Source: an uncultured delta proteobacterium
GTDB lineage: Bacteria; Myxococcota; Myxococcia; Myxococcales; Myxococcaceae
Direction of reading: 5' to 3'
Assembly (NCBI GenBank): GCA_963776345.1
Contig: CAVZMH010000022.1
Span: forward strand, 96,001-160,000
DNA: 64,000 bases
The position numbers and the translations under genes were made by a program. The first letter of the stretch is position 1, and each line of letters starts with the position of its first letter. Positions 19,283 through 29,864 of the stretch are shown here, one piece after another. The notes under the pieces were generated by a model. The model ran no database searches. It saw only the letters and a list, made by a program, of their open reading frames with translations, and was not told where the DNA came from.

Positions 19283-20643
19283 TCCGAGTCGGACTGGACC
19301 AGGCCGTACTTGTGAAGGAGCGAGTAGAGGTGCTTCCGGTCCAGCTCGGCCTCCCGGGCGGCCCTGGCCACGTTTCCCTTGGACCGGGCCAGGAGCCGGG
19401 TCAGGTACTCGCGCTCGAACTGCCGGACCAGGCCCTCCTTGCACTCCTTGAACGGTCCGCCGTAGCTGGCCGGGAGGACGTCACCGCCGGCCGGGACGTC
19501 CCTGGCGAACTCGCGGAGCAGCGAGCCGCTGGATAGCTCCGGGATGTCCACCATGTGCTGGGCGCGCTCCAGCGCGTTCCGCAGCTCGCGCACGTTGCCC
19601 GGCCAGGCGTGGGCCATGAACTGATCGCGCACCGCGGCCGGTAGACGGTCCCAGAGGGTCTCGCCGGCGAAGGCGTCCACCAGGAGCGGGATGTCCTCCT
19701 TGCGGTCGCGGAGCGGCGGCAGGCTGACGGTGAACACCGAGAGGCGGAAGTAGAGGTCCTCGCGGAAGCGGCCGGCCTGGGTCTCGGTCCAGAGGTCCTT
19801 CTTGCTCGCCGCCACGATGCGCGCGTCGAATGCAATCGACGCGCTGCTCGCGCCGAGGCGGCGGAATTCGCGGTCCTCGATGGCCCGGAGCAGCTTGGGC
19901 TGGAGGTCCAGCGCCAGGTCGTCGATCTCGTCGAGGAAGAGGGTGCCCCCGTGCGCCCGCTCCAGGCAGCCGATGCGCTGGTTCACCGCGCCGGTGAAGG
20001 CGCCCTTCTCGTGACCGAAGAGCTCGCTCTCGATCAGGCTGTCGCTCACCGCGGCGCAGTCGAAGACCACCAGCGGCCCTTCGTGGCGGGGTGACAGCTG
20101 GTGGATGGCCTTGGCCGCGGCGCCCTTGCCGCTCCCGGTCTCGCCGACCAGGAGCAGCGTCGAGTCGGTGGAGCTGATTCGCTTCAGCAGGGCGAAGATC
20201 TGCCGCATCGGCACGCTCTTGCCGACCAGCTCGCCCAGCCGGTCCTCCACCGACGGGGCGATGCGCACCGGGGTGAGCGTGGACTGGAAGCGCAGCTGCA
20301 CGTCGCCCAGCTCGAGCAGCTGCCCGGGCTTGAGGTACGCCTCGCGGATCTGCGCCCCGTCGATGAAGGTGCCGTTGGTCGACTGGAGGTCCTGGACCAG
20401 GAACCGGTCGCCCTGCCGCTGGATGACCAGGTGGTTGCGGCTCACCGTGGGTGAGTCGATGACCACGTCGTTGTCCGGGGACTTGCCGATCTTCAGCGAG
20501 GTGTCGGTGATGGGGAACGACTTCCCGACTCCGTCGGTGTTCATCAGCACCAGGTGGAACTCCTGGAAGCCGAGGCGCTCGTTCTGGGCGCGCAGGCCCA
20601 GGACGGTGTGTGCGGGAATGGTCGCGGAGGAACCGGTGGTCAT
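19279..20643 (-). CDS. FHA-domain sigma54-dependent enhancer-binding protein
   Basis: FHA (IGK..SRNH..STNGT), Walker A GETGSGK, GAFTGA, WPGNVRELRN, C-terminal HTH. Confidence 0.95.
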   Translation of the reverse strand: MTTGSSATIPAHTVLGLRAQNERLGFQEFHLVLMNTDGVGKSFPITDTSLKIGKSPDNDVVIDSPTVSRNHLVIQRQGDRFLVQDLQSTNGTFIDGAQIREAYLKPGQLLELGDVQLRFQSTLTPVRIAPSVEDRLGELVGKSVPMRQIFALLKRISSTDSTLLLVGETGSGKGAAAKAIHQLSPRHEGPLVVFDCAAVSDSLIESELFGHEKGAFTGAVNQRIGCLERAHGGTLFLDEIDDLALDLQPKLLRAIEDREFRRLGASSASIAFDARIVAASKKDLWTETQAGRFREDLYFRLSVFTVSLPPLRDRKEDIPLLVDAFAGETLWDRLPAAVRDQFMAHAWPGNVRELRNALERAQHMVDIPELSSGSLLREFARDVPAGGDVLPASYGGPFKECKEGLVRQFEREYLTRLLARSKGNVARAAREAELDRKHLYSLLHKYGLVQSDSE

Positions 20644-20782
20644 TCGGGGAGGGGACCATTCTACGGAGTTCGGCACGCAGCGAAAGGTCCGGCCCCTCCC
20701 ACGGAGTGCACGCACACACCCCCGCGCACAACGGCGGCCCGGGCGGTGTGGTAGTCCGTTCGGCGCAGGACGGCTCACACCC

Positions 20783-21493
20783 ATGGGGCGCGGAGAACGG
20801 CGGAGATCGCTCACGGTGGTGGGCGGAGCGCGCGGCGAGGTGGCGCGCTACGCCTCGTTGCTGACCGAGGCCGGAGGCCCGGTGCTGGTGCTCGGCGTCG
20901 CTGATGGCCGGCTCGCCGAGTCGCTGGTCCGCCGTGGCGTCCCGGTGACCGGGGTGGACCCGAGCCCGCGGATGCTCGCCCGCGCCGAGGAGACGCGAGC
21001 CGGGCTCCCGGGCGAGATGCAGGGACAGATGCAGCTGCTCCGCGCCGACCTGCGCTCGCTCCGGCTGTCGCAGCGATTCGCGGCGGTGTTCGCCCCGCGC
21101 GATGCGGTGGCCCTGGTGGCGACCCGGGGAGACCTCGAGGCGCTGTTCCTCACCGCGCGCGAGCACCTCCAGCCCGGCGCGAGCTTCGCCTTCGATCTGT
21201 CGGTCCCGCCGGCGCGGTGGCTCCTCCCCGATGACATCGACCCGCACGAGGGTCTCCAGCCGGAGCGGGCGGTGTTCACCCCGCACCTCCGCAGCCGCCG
21301 CACCCGCGAGGGGCACGCGGGGCTGCACCGGCTTCTCCTCCGCCACTTCACCGCGCGGGAGGTGGACCACGCGCTCGCCGGCGCCGGGCTCGAGGCGCTC
21401 ACCCGCGACCGGGACTTCGAGGGGCGCGCGTGGGAGCCGGGCGCAGACCGGATGGTGGTGGTGGCGCAGGCGCGCCCCGGTGCAAGCGGCTGA
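20783..21493 (+). CDS. Class I SAM-dependent methyltransferase
   Basis: VLVLGVADGRL, GVDPSPRML, ADLRSL and HLQPGASFAFD motifs. Confidence 0.8.
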   Translation: MGRGERRRSLTVVGGARGEVARYASLLTEAGGPVLVLGVADGRLAESLVRRGVPVTGVDPSPRMLARAEETRAGLPGEMQGQMQLLRADLRSLRLSQRFAAVFAPRDAVALVATRGDLEALFLTAREHLQPGASFAFDLSVPPARWLLPDDIDPHEGLQPERAVFTPHLRSRRTREGHAGLHRLLLRHFTAREVDHALAGAGLEALTRDRDFEGRAWEPGADRMVVVAQARPGASG

Positions 21494-21570
21494 GCGCGGG
21501 GCCCGGGTCGAAGGCTCGACCCCGGGACCACGACCGGGGCTGCACCCGCCGAGCCCCGGGAGCGCCGCGC

Positions 21571-21825
21571 TCAGCGGCCCGGCTTCGGCGCGGGGCGCTC
21601 CGCGTCGGGCGTGGACTCCATCTCGAACGCCAGCTCGAGCAGGTCCAGGAGCTGCGCACGCCCATCGACCGAGTCCGGCGCGAGCAGGACCAGCTCCACC
21701 GGCAGCCGGTCCTCGGCGGGCACTGGCTCGGGCTCGAGGGGCTTGCCGTCAGGGCCAAGGTCCTCGACCAGGAGGTCTCCGTCTCGGTGCACGGTGTATC
21801 GGCGGTACATGTGTCGCTCCCACAT
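21571..21825 (-). CDS. Small hypothetical protein
   Basis: 84 aa ORF filling the gap, acidic, GGAG upstream. Confidence 0.55.
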   Translation of the reverse strand: MWERHMYRRYTVHRDGDLLVEDLGPDGKPLEPEPVPAEDRLPVELVLLAPDSVDGRAQLLDLLELAFEMESTPDAERPAPKPGR

Positions 21826-21889
21826 ATCTCCACCGGACGGAAACTTGAACCTACACCGTGGCGTGCGGAATCCTTTCGCTCACCCCACG

Positions 21890-22396
21890 ATGGAACTTCC
21901 GTCCAGCGCCCCGCTCACCGACTGGGTCCGCCGCCTGGTGGACGACGAGACGGGCCTGCAGTCCGCGCTGGAGACGCCGCTGCTCGTCTGGGAGGGCGAC
22001 CTGTCCGAGGCGCGCTGGGTCGCGAGGCCGCCCGAGCACGCGCCCTCGCCGGAGAACCCGGTGGTGTTCGTGGTGAAGAAGGTGCAGGGCCGGGCGAACC
22101 CCTTCGGCTCCGGGGTCACCGTGGGCCGCGCCGAGCACAACGACCTGATCTTCCCCCACGCCAGCGTCTCGCGGTTCCACGCCTACTTCACGCCGGACCC
22201 GGCGCAGATCTCCCGCTGGAACGTGGTGGACGCCGCGAGCCGGAACGGGACGCTGGTCGACGGCGTGCCGCTGCAGCCCAACGCCGCCGTGCTGCTCGGG
22301 GGCGCCACCCGCCTCAACGTGGGGGAGATGGCGCTGACGTTCCTGTCGCCGGCGGCGTTCCTCCGCTGGCTGACGAAGGTGGTGGACGCGGTGTGA
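21890..22396 (+). CDS. Stand-alone FHA domain protein
   Basis: VTVGRAEHND, SVSRFHA, SRNGT. Confidence 0.85.
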   Translation: MELPSSAPLTDWVRRLVDDETGLQSALETPLLVWEGDLSEARWVARPPEHAPSPENPVVFVVKKVQGRANPFGSGVTVGRAEHNDLIFPHASVSRFHAYFTPDPAQISRWNVVDAASRNGTLVDGVPLQPNAAVLLGGATRLNVGEMALTFLSPAAFLRWLTKVVDAV

Positions 22397-23339
22397 GCGC
22401 GGCGGTCGTCCCCGGGCCGCCGTAGCGAAAGCCGTCGCCGCGCAGCCTCACCGGGTAGCGATCCAGCTCGGACGCGAACGGGAACACGAACGCGCCGCCG
22501 AGGCAGTTCCAGCTCCCCGGGAGGATCTGGCACAGGCCCTCCACCCGGGCCGCGTCGGAGTCCGTCCCGGGTCGCCCGTTCCCCATCTCGCCGGCCGCGC
22601 GCGCGCCAGGCGAGAAGACCTCCCCGTACCAGTGCGCGCTCGCCGCGGCATCGAGTCGCCCGGCCCAGTCCGCCGACTCGAAGAAGCCGAGCCAGTCCCC
22701 GTCGAACCACACCCACCATCGCCCGTCCGTGACGGCGACGCCCAGGGCGACCCCGGCGCCCTCCAGCACGTCCAGCGCGTCTCCCACCGCCCAGCGTGCG
22801 CTCCAGGGGACGAAGCCGCAGTCCGTCCAGCACGGGTCGCCCGCGCGCCAGCGATGCACGAAGAGGTGCGGCCGCGCGTCACCCTCGAGGGTGGGGGACA
22901 CCCGCCAGCCGACCTCGACGCCGTCCCGAGACGTCCCTTCGCCCGTCACGGCGAGCTCGGCCAGCGAGTGACCACCCGGCACGGGCCGCGGAGCGTGGAC
23001 AGTGAAGCGCCCGCCGACGCCGAGGAGCGGTCGGCTCGTCCCGGCACCGCTCCACGCCCAGCACCCGTCGGCACCGCAGGGCGAGGCGATCGCCGGACCC
23101 GGCGGCTCGGGGTGAAACACCGGCGCAAGCGCCTCGCCCTCCGGACACCGCGCCGGCGCCGACGCGCCACTCCGGAGCTCGAGCCCGGCCGGCGGAGACG
23201 GAGGGGTGAGCTTCGGCCGCTCGACGCATCGCCTCGGATCGCTCGGTGGCGGCGCCGTCGGCCCCCGCCCACGGGCAGACACCGCGGCGCAGCCAGCGAG
23301 GAGCAGCGCGGCGAAGATCGCTCCGGCGGTGGCCCGGAC
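22314..23339 (-). CDS. Neprosin-family glutamic peptidase lipoprotein
   Basis: LLLAGC lipobox, CPEG propeptide motif, HSLAELAV, VEVGW and WYGEV catalytic-Glu motifs, MGNG, FRYGGPG end motif. Confidence 0.8.
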   Translation of the reverse strand, partial: VRATAGAIFAALLLAGCAAVSARGRGPTAPPPSDPRRCVERPKLTPPSPPAGLELRSGASAPARCPEGEALAPVFHPEPPGPAIASPCGADGCWAWSGAGTSRPLLGVGGRFTVHAPRPVPGGHSLAELAVTGEGTSRDGVEVGWRVSPTLEGDARPHLFVHRWRAGDPCWTDCGFVPWSARWAVGDALDVLEGAGVALGVAVTDGRWWVWFDGDWLGFFESADWAGRLDAAASAHWYGEVFSPGARAAGEMGNGRPGTDSDAARVEGLCQILPGSWNCLGGAFVFPFASELDRYPVRLRGDGFRYGGPGTTAALTPRPPPSSASGGTPPATGTSAPSPPR

Positions 23340-23343
23340 CGGG

Positions 23344-23949
23344 CTACCCCCCATTCAGCGCCGTGACGCCGGAGCTCGCTGCGCCCACGGCGTCGCCCGC
23401 GATCTGCGGGTCCTCCGGATCCACCTGGGCGTCCTGGAAGCTGTAGACCAGGGCCGAGCCATCCGAGGGCGGGGGCGGCCTCGGCGGGGTGAGCGGCGTG
23501 AGCGTGATCTTCTTGACCCGGTCGTCTCCTCCACCGCCCGGCTCCACCTGGGTTCCCTTCCCCTGGGGGCAGCAGACGCCCTGCCCCGGGCCGTGGCGAC
23601 CGTATGCCCGACAGAGGGACTCGAAGAACGGCGGGAAGTCGCTGTGCTCCTTCGAGTGAAGGAGCGGACCCACGACGGCAAGGAGCCGCGTTCCGCCTTC
23701 GCCGACGTGGACGACGTACGCGTAGGCCGCGTCTTTGGCGTGCCCGTACACCACCCGCGTGTAGAGGAACCCCGGACCGGGATCCGCGGGAAGCGCGGAA
23801 AGCTTGCTGGGCGGGATCGCCTTGGGCACCGTCCCCTTGTAGGGCGGGTACACCACCGGCCCGCGACACGTCGGGCACCGGGCGACCTCCGTGGTCGCGC
23901 AGCCCGAGAGGACGACCATCACCACCGCCAGGAGTCCGACCGGCTTCAT
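23344..23949 (-). CDS. Hypothetical Cys/Pro-rich lipoprotein
   Basis: MKPVGLLAVVMVVLSGC lipobox, GAAGGGGG RBS, CPTC and CCP. Confidence 0.7.
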   Translation of the reverse strand: MKPVGLLAVVMVVLSGCATTEVARCPTCRGPVVYPPYKGTVPKAIPPSKLSALPADPGPGFLYTRVVYGHAKDAAYAYVVHVGEGGTRLLAVVGPLLHSKEHSDFPPFFESLCRAYGRHGPGQGVCCPQGKGTQVEPGGGGDDRVKKITLTPLTPPRPPPPSDGSALVYSFQDAQVDPEDPQIAGDAVGAASSGVTALNGG

Positions 23950-23966
23950 GCAGCCCCCCTTCGCGT

Positions 23967-26894
23967 TCAGTCGAACGCTACCACCTCGCGGACCCAGGGC
24001 CTGCCGTTCTTGATCCACGCCAGCCGCTCGTCGCGGAGCGCCACCCGCGGGCTCGAACCTGCCTCCACCCGGTGACGAACGCCCTCGAAGAACTGGCTCG
24101 CCTCGGCGTCGGGGAGCTCCGCTCTCGAGGCGATGACCGCGCGCGCTCCGGCCTCCACCATCGCGCGGGGCAGGCTCCACGGCTCGTCTCGCATGTCGCT
24201 GCCCGCCCCGGCGTGACATGCGCCGAGGATGACCAGAGGCCGACCCTGCAGACGCGTGGAGCGCAGCGTGGCGGCCGAGAGCGCGTAGGCCCGGTCCCGG
24301 TCCTCGGACAGCATCAGCATGGCTCCGTCCGGGACCTGGGCGTCGATCTGCCCGTGCACCGCGAACTCCACGAACCCCGCGCCGCGCATCGCCTCGAGCA
24401 CCCGGGCCGGCGTGGCCTCCGGCGCCATCGAGCACGGTCCACCCCTGGCCATCGGGCAGTCCCGCAGCCGCAGCGGAGGGAGCCCGAGCTCCGGGGGCGG
24501 ACGTGGATCCCGGAACGAGCAGACGTCCGGACCCGGAGGCCATCGGGACCTCCCGCGAGGCCATCCGGAAGCTCCAGGCGAGCGACTCCGGGAGGAGATC
24601 CGCGCGCCCCGTGGAGGTCCGCGGTGGTGAGCACCGAGAGCTCCTGGCAGTTCGCCAGCAACCGGCGGACCTCGGGCGGAACCAGCGCGGAGATCTGGAC
24701 GTTCGTCCCGCGGGGCCCAGGCGGCCGCGCCCTCTCCGGCGGGACCCAGGGCGGCCCACCCGGTGCGCGTGAGATCGCGGGCCCACGCACCAGGGCGCAC
24801 CGTCCGGCGCGGTGACGCCGGCTGCCGGGGCGATCTCCGTCATGGCATCGGCGACTGCTCCCCTGCGGACGGCGGCGAAGAAGCGAGCGACGCCGGTGTC
24901 CGGCCTGGGCCCGGCGGACCTCGAGGTCATTCTGGTATCGCTCCGGCGCGCTCCGTCGGACGGAGCCCGCGTCGTCCCCGAGATCCACGCGGGCGCGCTC
25001 GAGGAGGAGCTCGCCTCGATGAGCCGCCTCCCGAGGACCGAGGCCGGATTCAGCGGCGGCGCGCTCCAGGCGGAGGAGACGTCGCGCACCCCTGCGGGTC
25101 GCCGCCGAGCTGCGCGAGGTCGAGCCGGAGCTCGAGCCGCCAGGAGTCCTCGGGAGGTCGCAGACGGCAGCGAGGCGAGGAGCGCCTCGGGCCGAGCGAC
25201 CGTCCCGTCGCCGGACGTAGCCCATGGCCAGATTCTCGTTCGGAACACCGTCACCCGGCACTGCCTGGGCTCGCGGGCCACATCTCCTCGAAGGTGGCGC
25301 GCGCGGCGGCGAGCCGGTCGGCGGCGAGCTTCACCCCCCCGAGCTGGAGCAGCGCGTTCCGTTCCTCTCCGAGCGCCCCGAGCCGGCGCATCCCTCGGCG
25401 CTCTGCTCGGCCTGCGCAGGCCGCCTCCTTGAACCGTCCGAGCAGCGTCTCGATCTCGATCGACTCCATGCTCCAGGTACCAGCAGGCGTACACCAGCGA
25501 CGTCGCTCCGCAGCGGGAGCGAACCGCCGCACGATACGCTCGGCCTCGAGCATCTGCCGCGTTCGCGCTGCTCGCGGGCCCAGGCGCAGCGGCGAAGTGG
25601 ATCTCGGAAACGGATCGCCGAGTCTCCTCACCAGCCTCGTCCGGGTCGCTCGCATCGTCGGGAGCGAAGCTGTCGAACGCTTCCAGGGGCTGTCGTGCTG
25701 CCCGGCCGCCATGGCCGGCGGACGAAGGCCTCGACGCTCGGCCCCGGACGGCACCTTCTGCTCGAGGAACCAGTACCGGAACCGGCCCGCGAGCTCGACC
25801 CTGGCCGAACGCTGGGTAGCGAGCGCCGCGCGGACCCGGGCGGCGCAGCACCATCCCGCCGTCGAGGGCGTCAAGCTCACGGGCGGTCGTCGGAGCCGCT
25901 CCATGTCCTGCCGCGTCGGCGCACCGGCCGAGGGCGTGGTAGAAGCGCACCTGCGCAGCGAGCCGGGAAGCGCTGGAGCACGTCCGGCGCGGGCGCTCTG
26001 CGCCTCAACCAGCCGCCTCCGGCCTCGAGCAAAGGCCGCCTCGCGCTCTTTCTGGCCCCGACGCGACTCCTCCGTGGCGCGCTGGTCAGTGCCGGCCTCG
26101 GTGCTCCAGCCGCCCGCCGTCCGCGTCGCCACCGCGGCGAACGCCTGGACGGCGGCGTGCGGAAGGCTGAGCGTCCGGAGACAGACCCGCGGTTGAAGCG
26201 CGCCGGCAGAAAGCCCGGATAGCCGCGGAGCGACCGGTCGAGGTACTCGAGCGCCTCCTCGCAGCGGCTCTGCTCGAGGAGGATGAGACCGCGGTCGGAG
26301 AGCACGCCCGGACGGGCAGGTAGCTGGAGGAACCCCTCGGCGCGCTGGAAGTCACGCCGGAGGAGCGACAGCGTGGCCAGCTCGCGCCAGCTCTGGTTGG
26401 CCTCGAACTGGAGCTCGGCCCGTGCGAGCGCGTTCGTCGCGGACCGGCTCGTGCCGCGGGTGATGGCGTAGGCCGGTACTGCGCGGGGCCGGCGGCGCTC
26501 GGCCAGCCGGAGACCGTCCGCGCATCGAGCGCGGCGAGCAGCGCGGGCACATCCGGGCCGGCGGGCGGCCCCCGCGGAGCGCCAGCACCAGCGCCGCGGC
26601 CATCGCCACCGCACCCACCACCCCCACCCACGCCGCGCGACGGGGTCGGGCGCGCCGGTCCGCCGCGGCAATCCAGACCGGCGCGAGCTCGGGCTTCCGG
26701 ACCGGACCCTCTTCCCGGGCCTGCTCGGCGAGGGCCGACAGCTGCATGAGCCCGTGCATCTCCTGCTGGCAACGCGCGCACTGGACCAGGTGACGGCGGA
26801 ACGCCGCGGCCTCCACCGCGCCCAGCTCACCGTCGACGAAGGGCCCCAGCTGCTCGCACTGGATCGGCCCGCCGCTGTGGTCCTCGGGCGTCAT
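23967..26894 (-). pseudogene. zf-HC2 anti-sigma / TM / TPR / CHAT protease fusion, broken by several frameshifts (decay or assembly error)
   Basis: HLVQCARC zinc finger, TM AAWVGVVGAVAMAAALVLAL, TPR-like LSDRGLILLEQ..ARFNRG, CHAT dyad FAVHG and LVILGAC; pieces need at least 5 frame changes. Confidence 0.75.
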
Positions 26895-27505
26895 GTCTTC
26901 TCCTCCCGGCCGCCCAGGAGCAACACCCGGAGCTTCCGGCGCGCCCGGAGAAGGCGCGTTCCGACCGTGTTCTGAGGGATCTCGAGCGCCGCGGCGATGT
27001 CCCGGTACGACCGGTGCTCGAAGGCGTGCAGGGTGAAGACCTCGCGGAACTCGGGCTCGAGGCGCTCCACCGCAGCCCGGAGCTGCTCGACGCCGATCCG
27101 CGTCCAGAGCGGCGCGTCGGCGAGGGGCGTGTCCTGCGTCACCGCGGGCTCTTCCGGGGGATCCCCCAGCTGCTCCCGCTCGCGCCGGCGGAACAGGTCG
27201 ATCATCCGCCGGTGGAGGATGGTGACCAGCCAGGCCTGGAGGTTCTGCACCGCCTGCAGCCGGTCGCCGGCCTGGAGCGCGCTCTCCAGCGTGTCGTGGA
27301 CCACGTCGGCGGCGTCCGCCTCCGAGGCACACATCCGCCGCGCGAGGCCGAGCAGGACGGGCCGGAGCGCGACAACGGCCGCCCGCAGTGAAGGATCCAA
27401 TGTCGTTGGACTGCGGAACTTCGACGGCGCCGGAATGCCGCGACGCTGCCACCGCGCCGGAACGACGGTCAAGCAGAGCGTGGGAGGTGCGGCGGCCGGT
27501 CTCAT
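26891..27505 (-). CDS. ECF RNA polymerase sigma factor (start may be TTG 27400)
   Basis: DAADVVHDT, AWLVTILHRRMID, SYRDIAAALEIPQNTVGTRLLRAR; ATGA overlap with the CHAT gene. Confidence 0.9.
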   Translation of the reverse strand: MRPAAAPPTLCLTVVPARWQRRGIPAPSKFRSPTTLDPSLRAAVVALRPVLLGLARRMCASEADAADVVHDTLESALQAGDRLQAVQNLQAWLVTILHRRMIDLFRRREREQLGDPPEEPAVTQDTPLADAPLWTRIGVEQLRAAVERLEPEFREVFTLHAFEHRSYRDIAAALEIPQNTVGTRLLRARRKLRVLLLGGREEKT

Positions 27506-27559
27506 GTCCCCTACCGGAACAGTCGGCCGGGAACGCGGGATCTTCCCGTTTCCGGGGGC

Positions 27560-28249
27560 TCAGCCCCGCTCGAACCGGTACCCCAGGCCCCGGGCGGTGA
27601 GGATGTAACGGGGCGCCTCCGGGTCCGGCTCGAGCTTCTGCCGGAGCTGCCGGACGAAGGTGTCCACCGTCCGCGGGGTTCCCTCGTAGTCGATGCCCCA
27701 GGCGCCCGAGAGCAGCTCCTCCCGGGAGAACGTCCGTCCGGGATTCGAGACCAGGTGGGCGAGCAGCTTGAGCTCCTGCGCGGTCAGCTCGACCGGGGCC
27801 TCGCCCCGCGTCACCTGCTTGGTGGTGAGGTTCACCGCCACGTCCCCGAAGCGCACCACCTGCCCGTCCTCGCCCCAGCGGCGGCGGAGCACCGCCTTCA
27901 CCCGCGCCATCAGCTCGGCGACGCCGAAGGGCTTCACCACGTAGTCGTCGGCGCCGAGGTCGAGGCCGAGCACCTTGTCCCGCTCCATGCCCTTGGCGGA
28001 CAGGACCAGCACCGGCGTGCGCACCCCGCGCGACCGCAGCTGGCGCAGGAGCTCGTAGCCATTGAGCCGCGGCATCATCACGTCCAGCACGATGAGGTCC
28101 GGCGCCTCGCGCACCGCCATCTCCAGGCCCCGCGCCCCGTCCTGCGCCTGGAGCACTTCGTACCCCTCGTAGCGGAGGTTCATCGAGACGCCGGTGAGGA
28201 TGGACAGGTCGTCCTCCACCACCAGGACGCGCGGCTTCTCCTGGCTCAC
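27560..28249 (-). CDS. OmpR-family response regulator
   Basis: [21 protein letters not shown], winged helix ending RGLGYRF. Confidence 0.95.
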   Translation of the reverse strand: MSQEKPRVLVVEDDLSILTGVSMNLRYEGYEVLQAQDGARGLEMAVREAPDLIVLDVMMPRLNGYELLRQLRSRGVRTPVLVLSAKGMERDKVLGLDLGADDYVVKPFGVAELMARVKAVLRRRWGEDGQVVRFGDVAVNLTTKQVTRGEAPVELTAQELKLLAHLVSNPGRTFSREELLSGAWGIDYEGTPRTVDTFVRQLRQKLEPDPEAPRYILTARGLGYRFERG

Positions 28250-29769
28250 GCCTGCGCCTCCTTCGCCGCCGGCAGGTGGATGGTGAAGGTGCTGCCCTTG
28301 CCCAGCTCGCTCCTCACCGTGAGCTTGCCGCCGTGGGCCTCGACGATGCGCCGGCTGATGGAGAGCCCCAGGCCCGAGCCCTCGGTCTGGCGGGTGAGGA
28401 GGTTGTCCACCCGGTAGAAGCGCTCGAAGACGCGCTTCCGGTCGCGCTTGGCGATGCCCACCCCGTGGTCCTCCACCTCGATGTCCACGCCCCCGTCGGT
28501 CGCCCCGGCCCGGAGCTCGATGTGCTTCTCGGCGCCCGAGTACTTGTAGGCGTTGTGGAGGAGGTTGAGGAGCGCGGCGGCCAGCGCCTCGCGGTCGCCC
28601 TCCACCACCGGGAGCGCCTCGGGAAGCTGGCAGCTGAGCTGCACCTCGCTGTCCAGCCGCTGGGCCCGGAAGGCGTCCAGCGAGGCGTCGAGGATCTGCC
28701 GGACCGTGAGCCGCTCCTTCCGGTAGCGCTGGCGGCCAGACTCGAGCCGCGCCCAGTCGAGCACCCGCTCGATCATCGTCGAGAGCCGCTCGGTCTCGCG
28801 CTGGAGCAGCTCCAGCACCTCCTGGGTCTGCGCGGGGTCCTTCACCCGGCCGAGGGCGAGCGTCTCGATGAACATCCGGATGGAGGTGAGCGGGGTGCGC
28901 AGCTCGTGGCTCACCAGGCTCACGAAGTCGGTCTTGAGCCGCGAGAGGCGCGCCTGGAGGTACAGCGCGCGCGCGGTGTAGACGACCCCGACCACCAGCG
29001 TGGCGTAGAAGGCGCCGAGCAGCCCGGCATACACCAGCCGGTTGCGCAGCGAGGCGAAGGCCACCGGGTCGCCCGCCTCGGGCATGGCGCGGAGCTGGAA
29101 CTCTTGCAGTGGCGCCGGGAGCGGCCGCTCGGCGAGCGGCGTGACCTCCAGCGCGTTCTTCGCCCCGGGCACCCCTCCGATGAACTTGCCGACCAGTCCC
29201 GGACGCGCCGGTTGCACCGCGGTGAGCTCGAAGCGGACCTGCTCCGCCTTGCCCTTGAGGTCCTGCGCGCTCTGGGCGAGGAGCTGCTCCAGCGCGCGCT
29301 GCGACAGCGCGGCGCCGACCACCCCGCTCGAGGTCCGGAGCGCCACGATGAGCAGCGGTCCGCCGGGCCCCGGGAGGCTGAGGAAGGTCGGCCGCTCGGG
29401 GAGGAAGGCGAGCTGGCTCCGGAGCGGGGTGAGCGCGGCCACCAGGTCGGTGTCCGGGGACTCGAGCACGTCGCGCGACAGCCGGAACCCCTCGCCCGAG
29501 AGGACGAGGCCCGAGGGGGCGGTGACCAGGACGCCCCCATCGACCCGGGCCACCGTGCTCGCCTCGAGCGCCTGGCGGAGCCGGGTGCTCAGGATGTCGA
29601 GCCGGTCCTGCCACACCGAGGCGAGCCGCTTCTCCACCGCGGCGCGCTCGTTGAGGATCGCCACCACGCCCAGGCCGGTGAGGCCCGCGGAGGGAACCGC
29701 CACCAGCACCATCAGGAGGGCGAACGTGCGCCGGAAGCTCAGCAGCTCGATGGGCACCGACCGCGGCAT
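28246..29769 (-). CDS. Membrane sensor histidine kinase
   Basis: Two TM segments, [20 protein letters not shown]. Confidence 0.95.
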   Translation of the reverse strand: MPRSVPIELLSFRRTFALLMVLVAVPSAGLTGLGVVAILNERAAVEKRLASVWQDRLDILSTRLRQALEASTVARVDGGVLVTAPSGLVLSGEGFRLSRDVLESPDTDLVAALTPLRSQLAFLPERPTFLSLPGPGGPLLIVALRTSSGVVGAALSQRALEQLLAQSAQDLKGKAEQVRFELTAVQPARPGLVGKFIGGVPGAKNALEVTPLAERPLPAPLQEFQLRAMPEAGDPVAFASLRNRLVYAGLLGAFYATLVVGVVYTARALYLQARLSRLKTDFVSLVSHELRTPLTSIRMFIETLALGRVKDPAQTQEVLELLQRETERLSTMIERVLDWARLESGRQRYRKERLTVRQILDASLDAFRAQRLDSEVQLSCQLPEALPVVEGDREALAAALLNLLHNAYKYSGAEKHIELRAGATDGGVDIEVEDHGVGIAKRDRKRVFERFYRVDNLLTRQTEGSGLGLSISRRIVEAHGGKLTVRSELGKGSTFTIHLPAAKEAQA

Positions 29770-29864
29770 GACGATGCGAGAGCCTACTCGGCCCCGGGTC
29801 GCGCCTGCCCTCCCCGCATGGTGATGGCGTAGAGTGCGAGGCCCCTTCGGAGGGAGGCCTCGCC

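Noticed and set aside
23344..25950. 868 aa ORF
   Set aside because: Mostly off-frame CHAT sequence running into the real lipoprotein that starts at 23949
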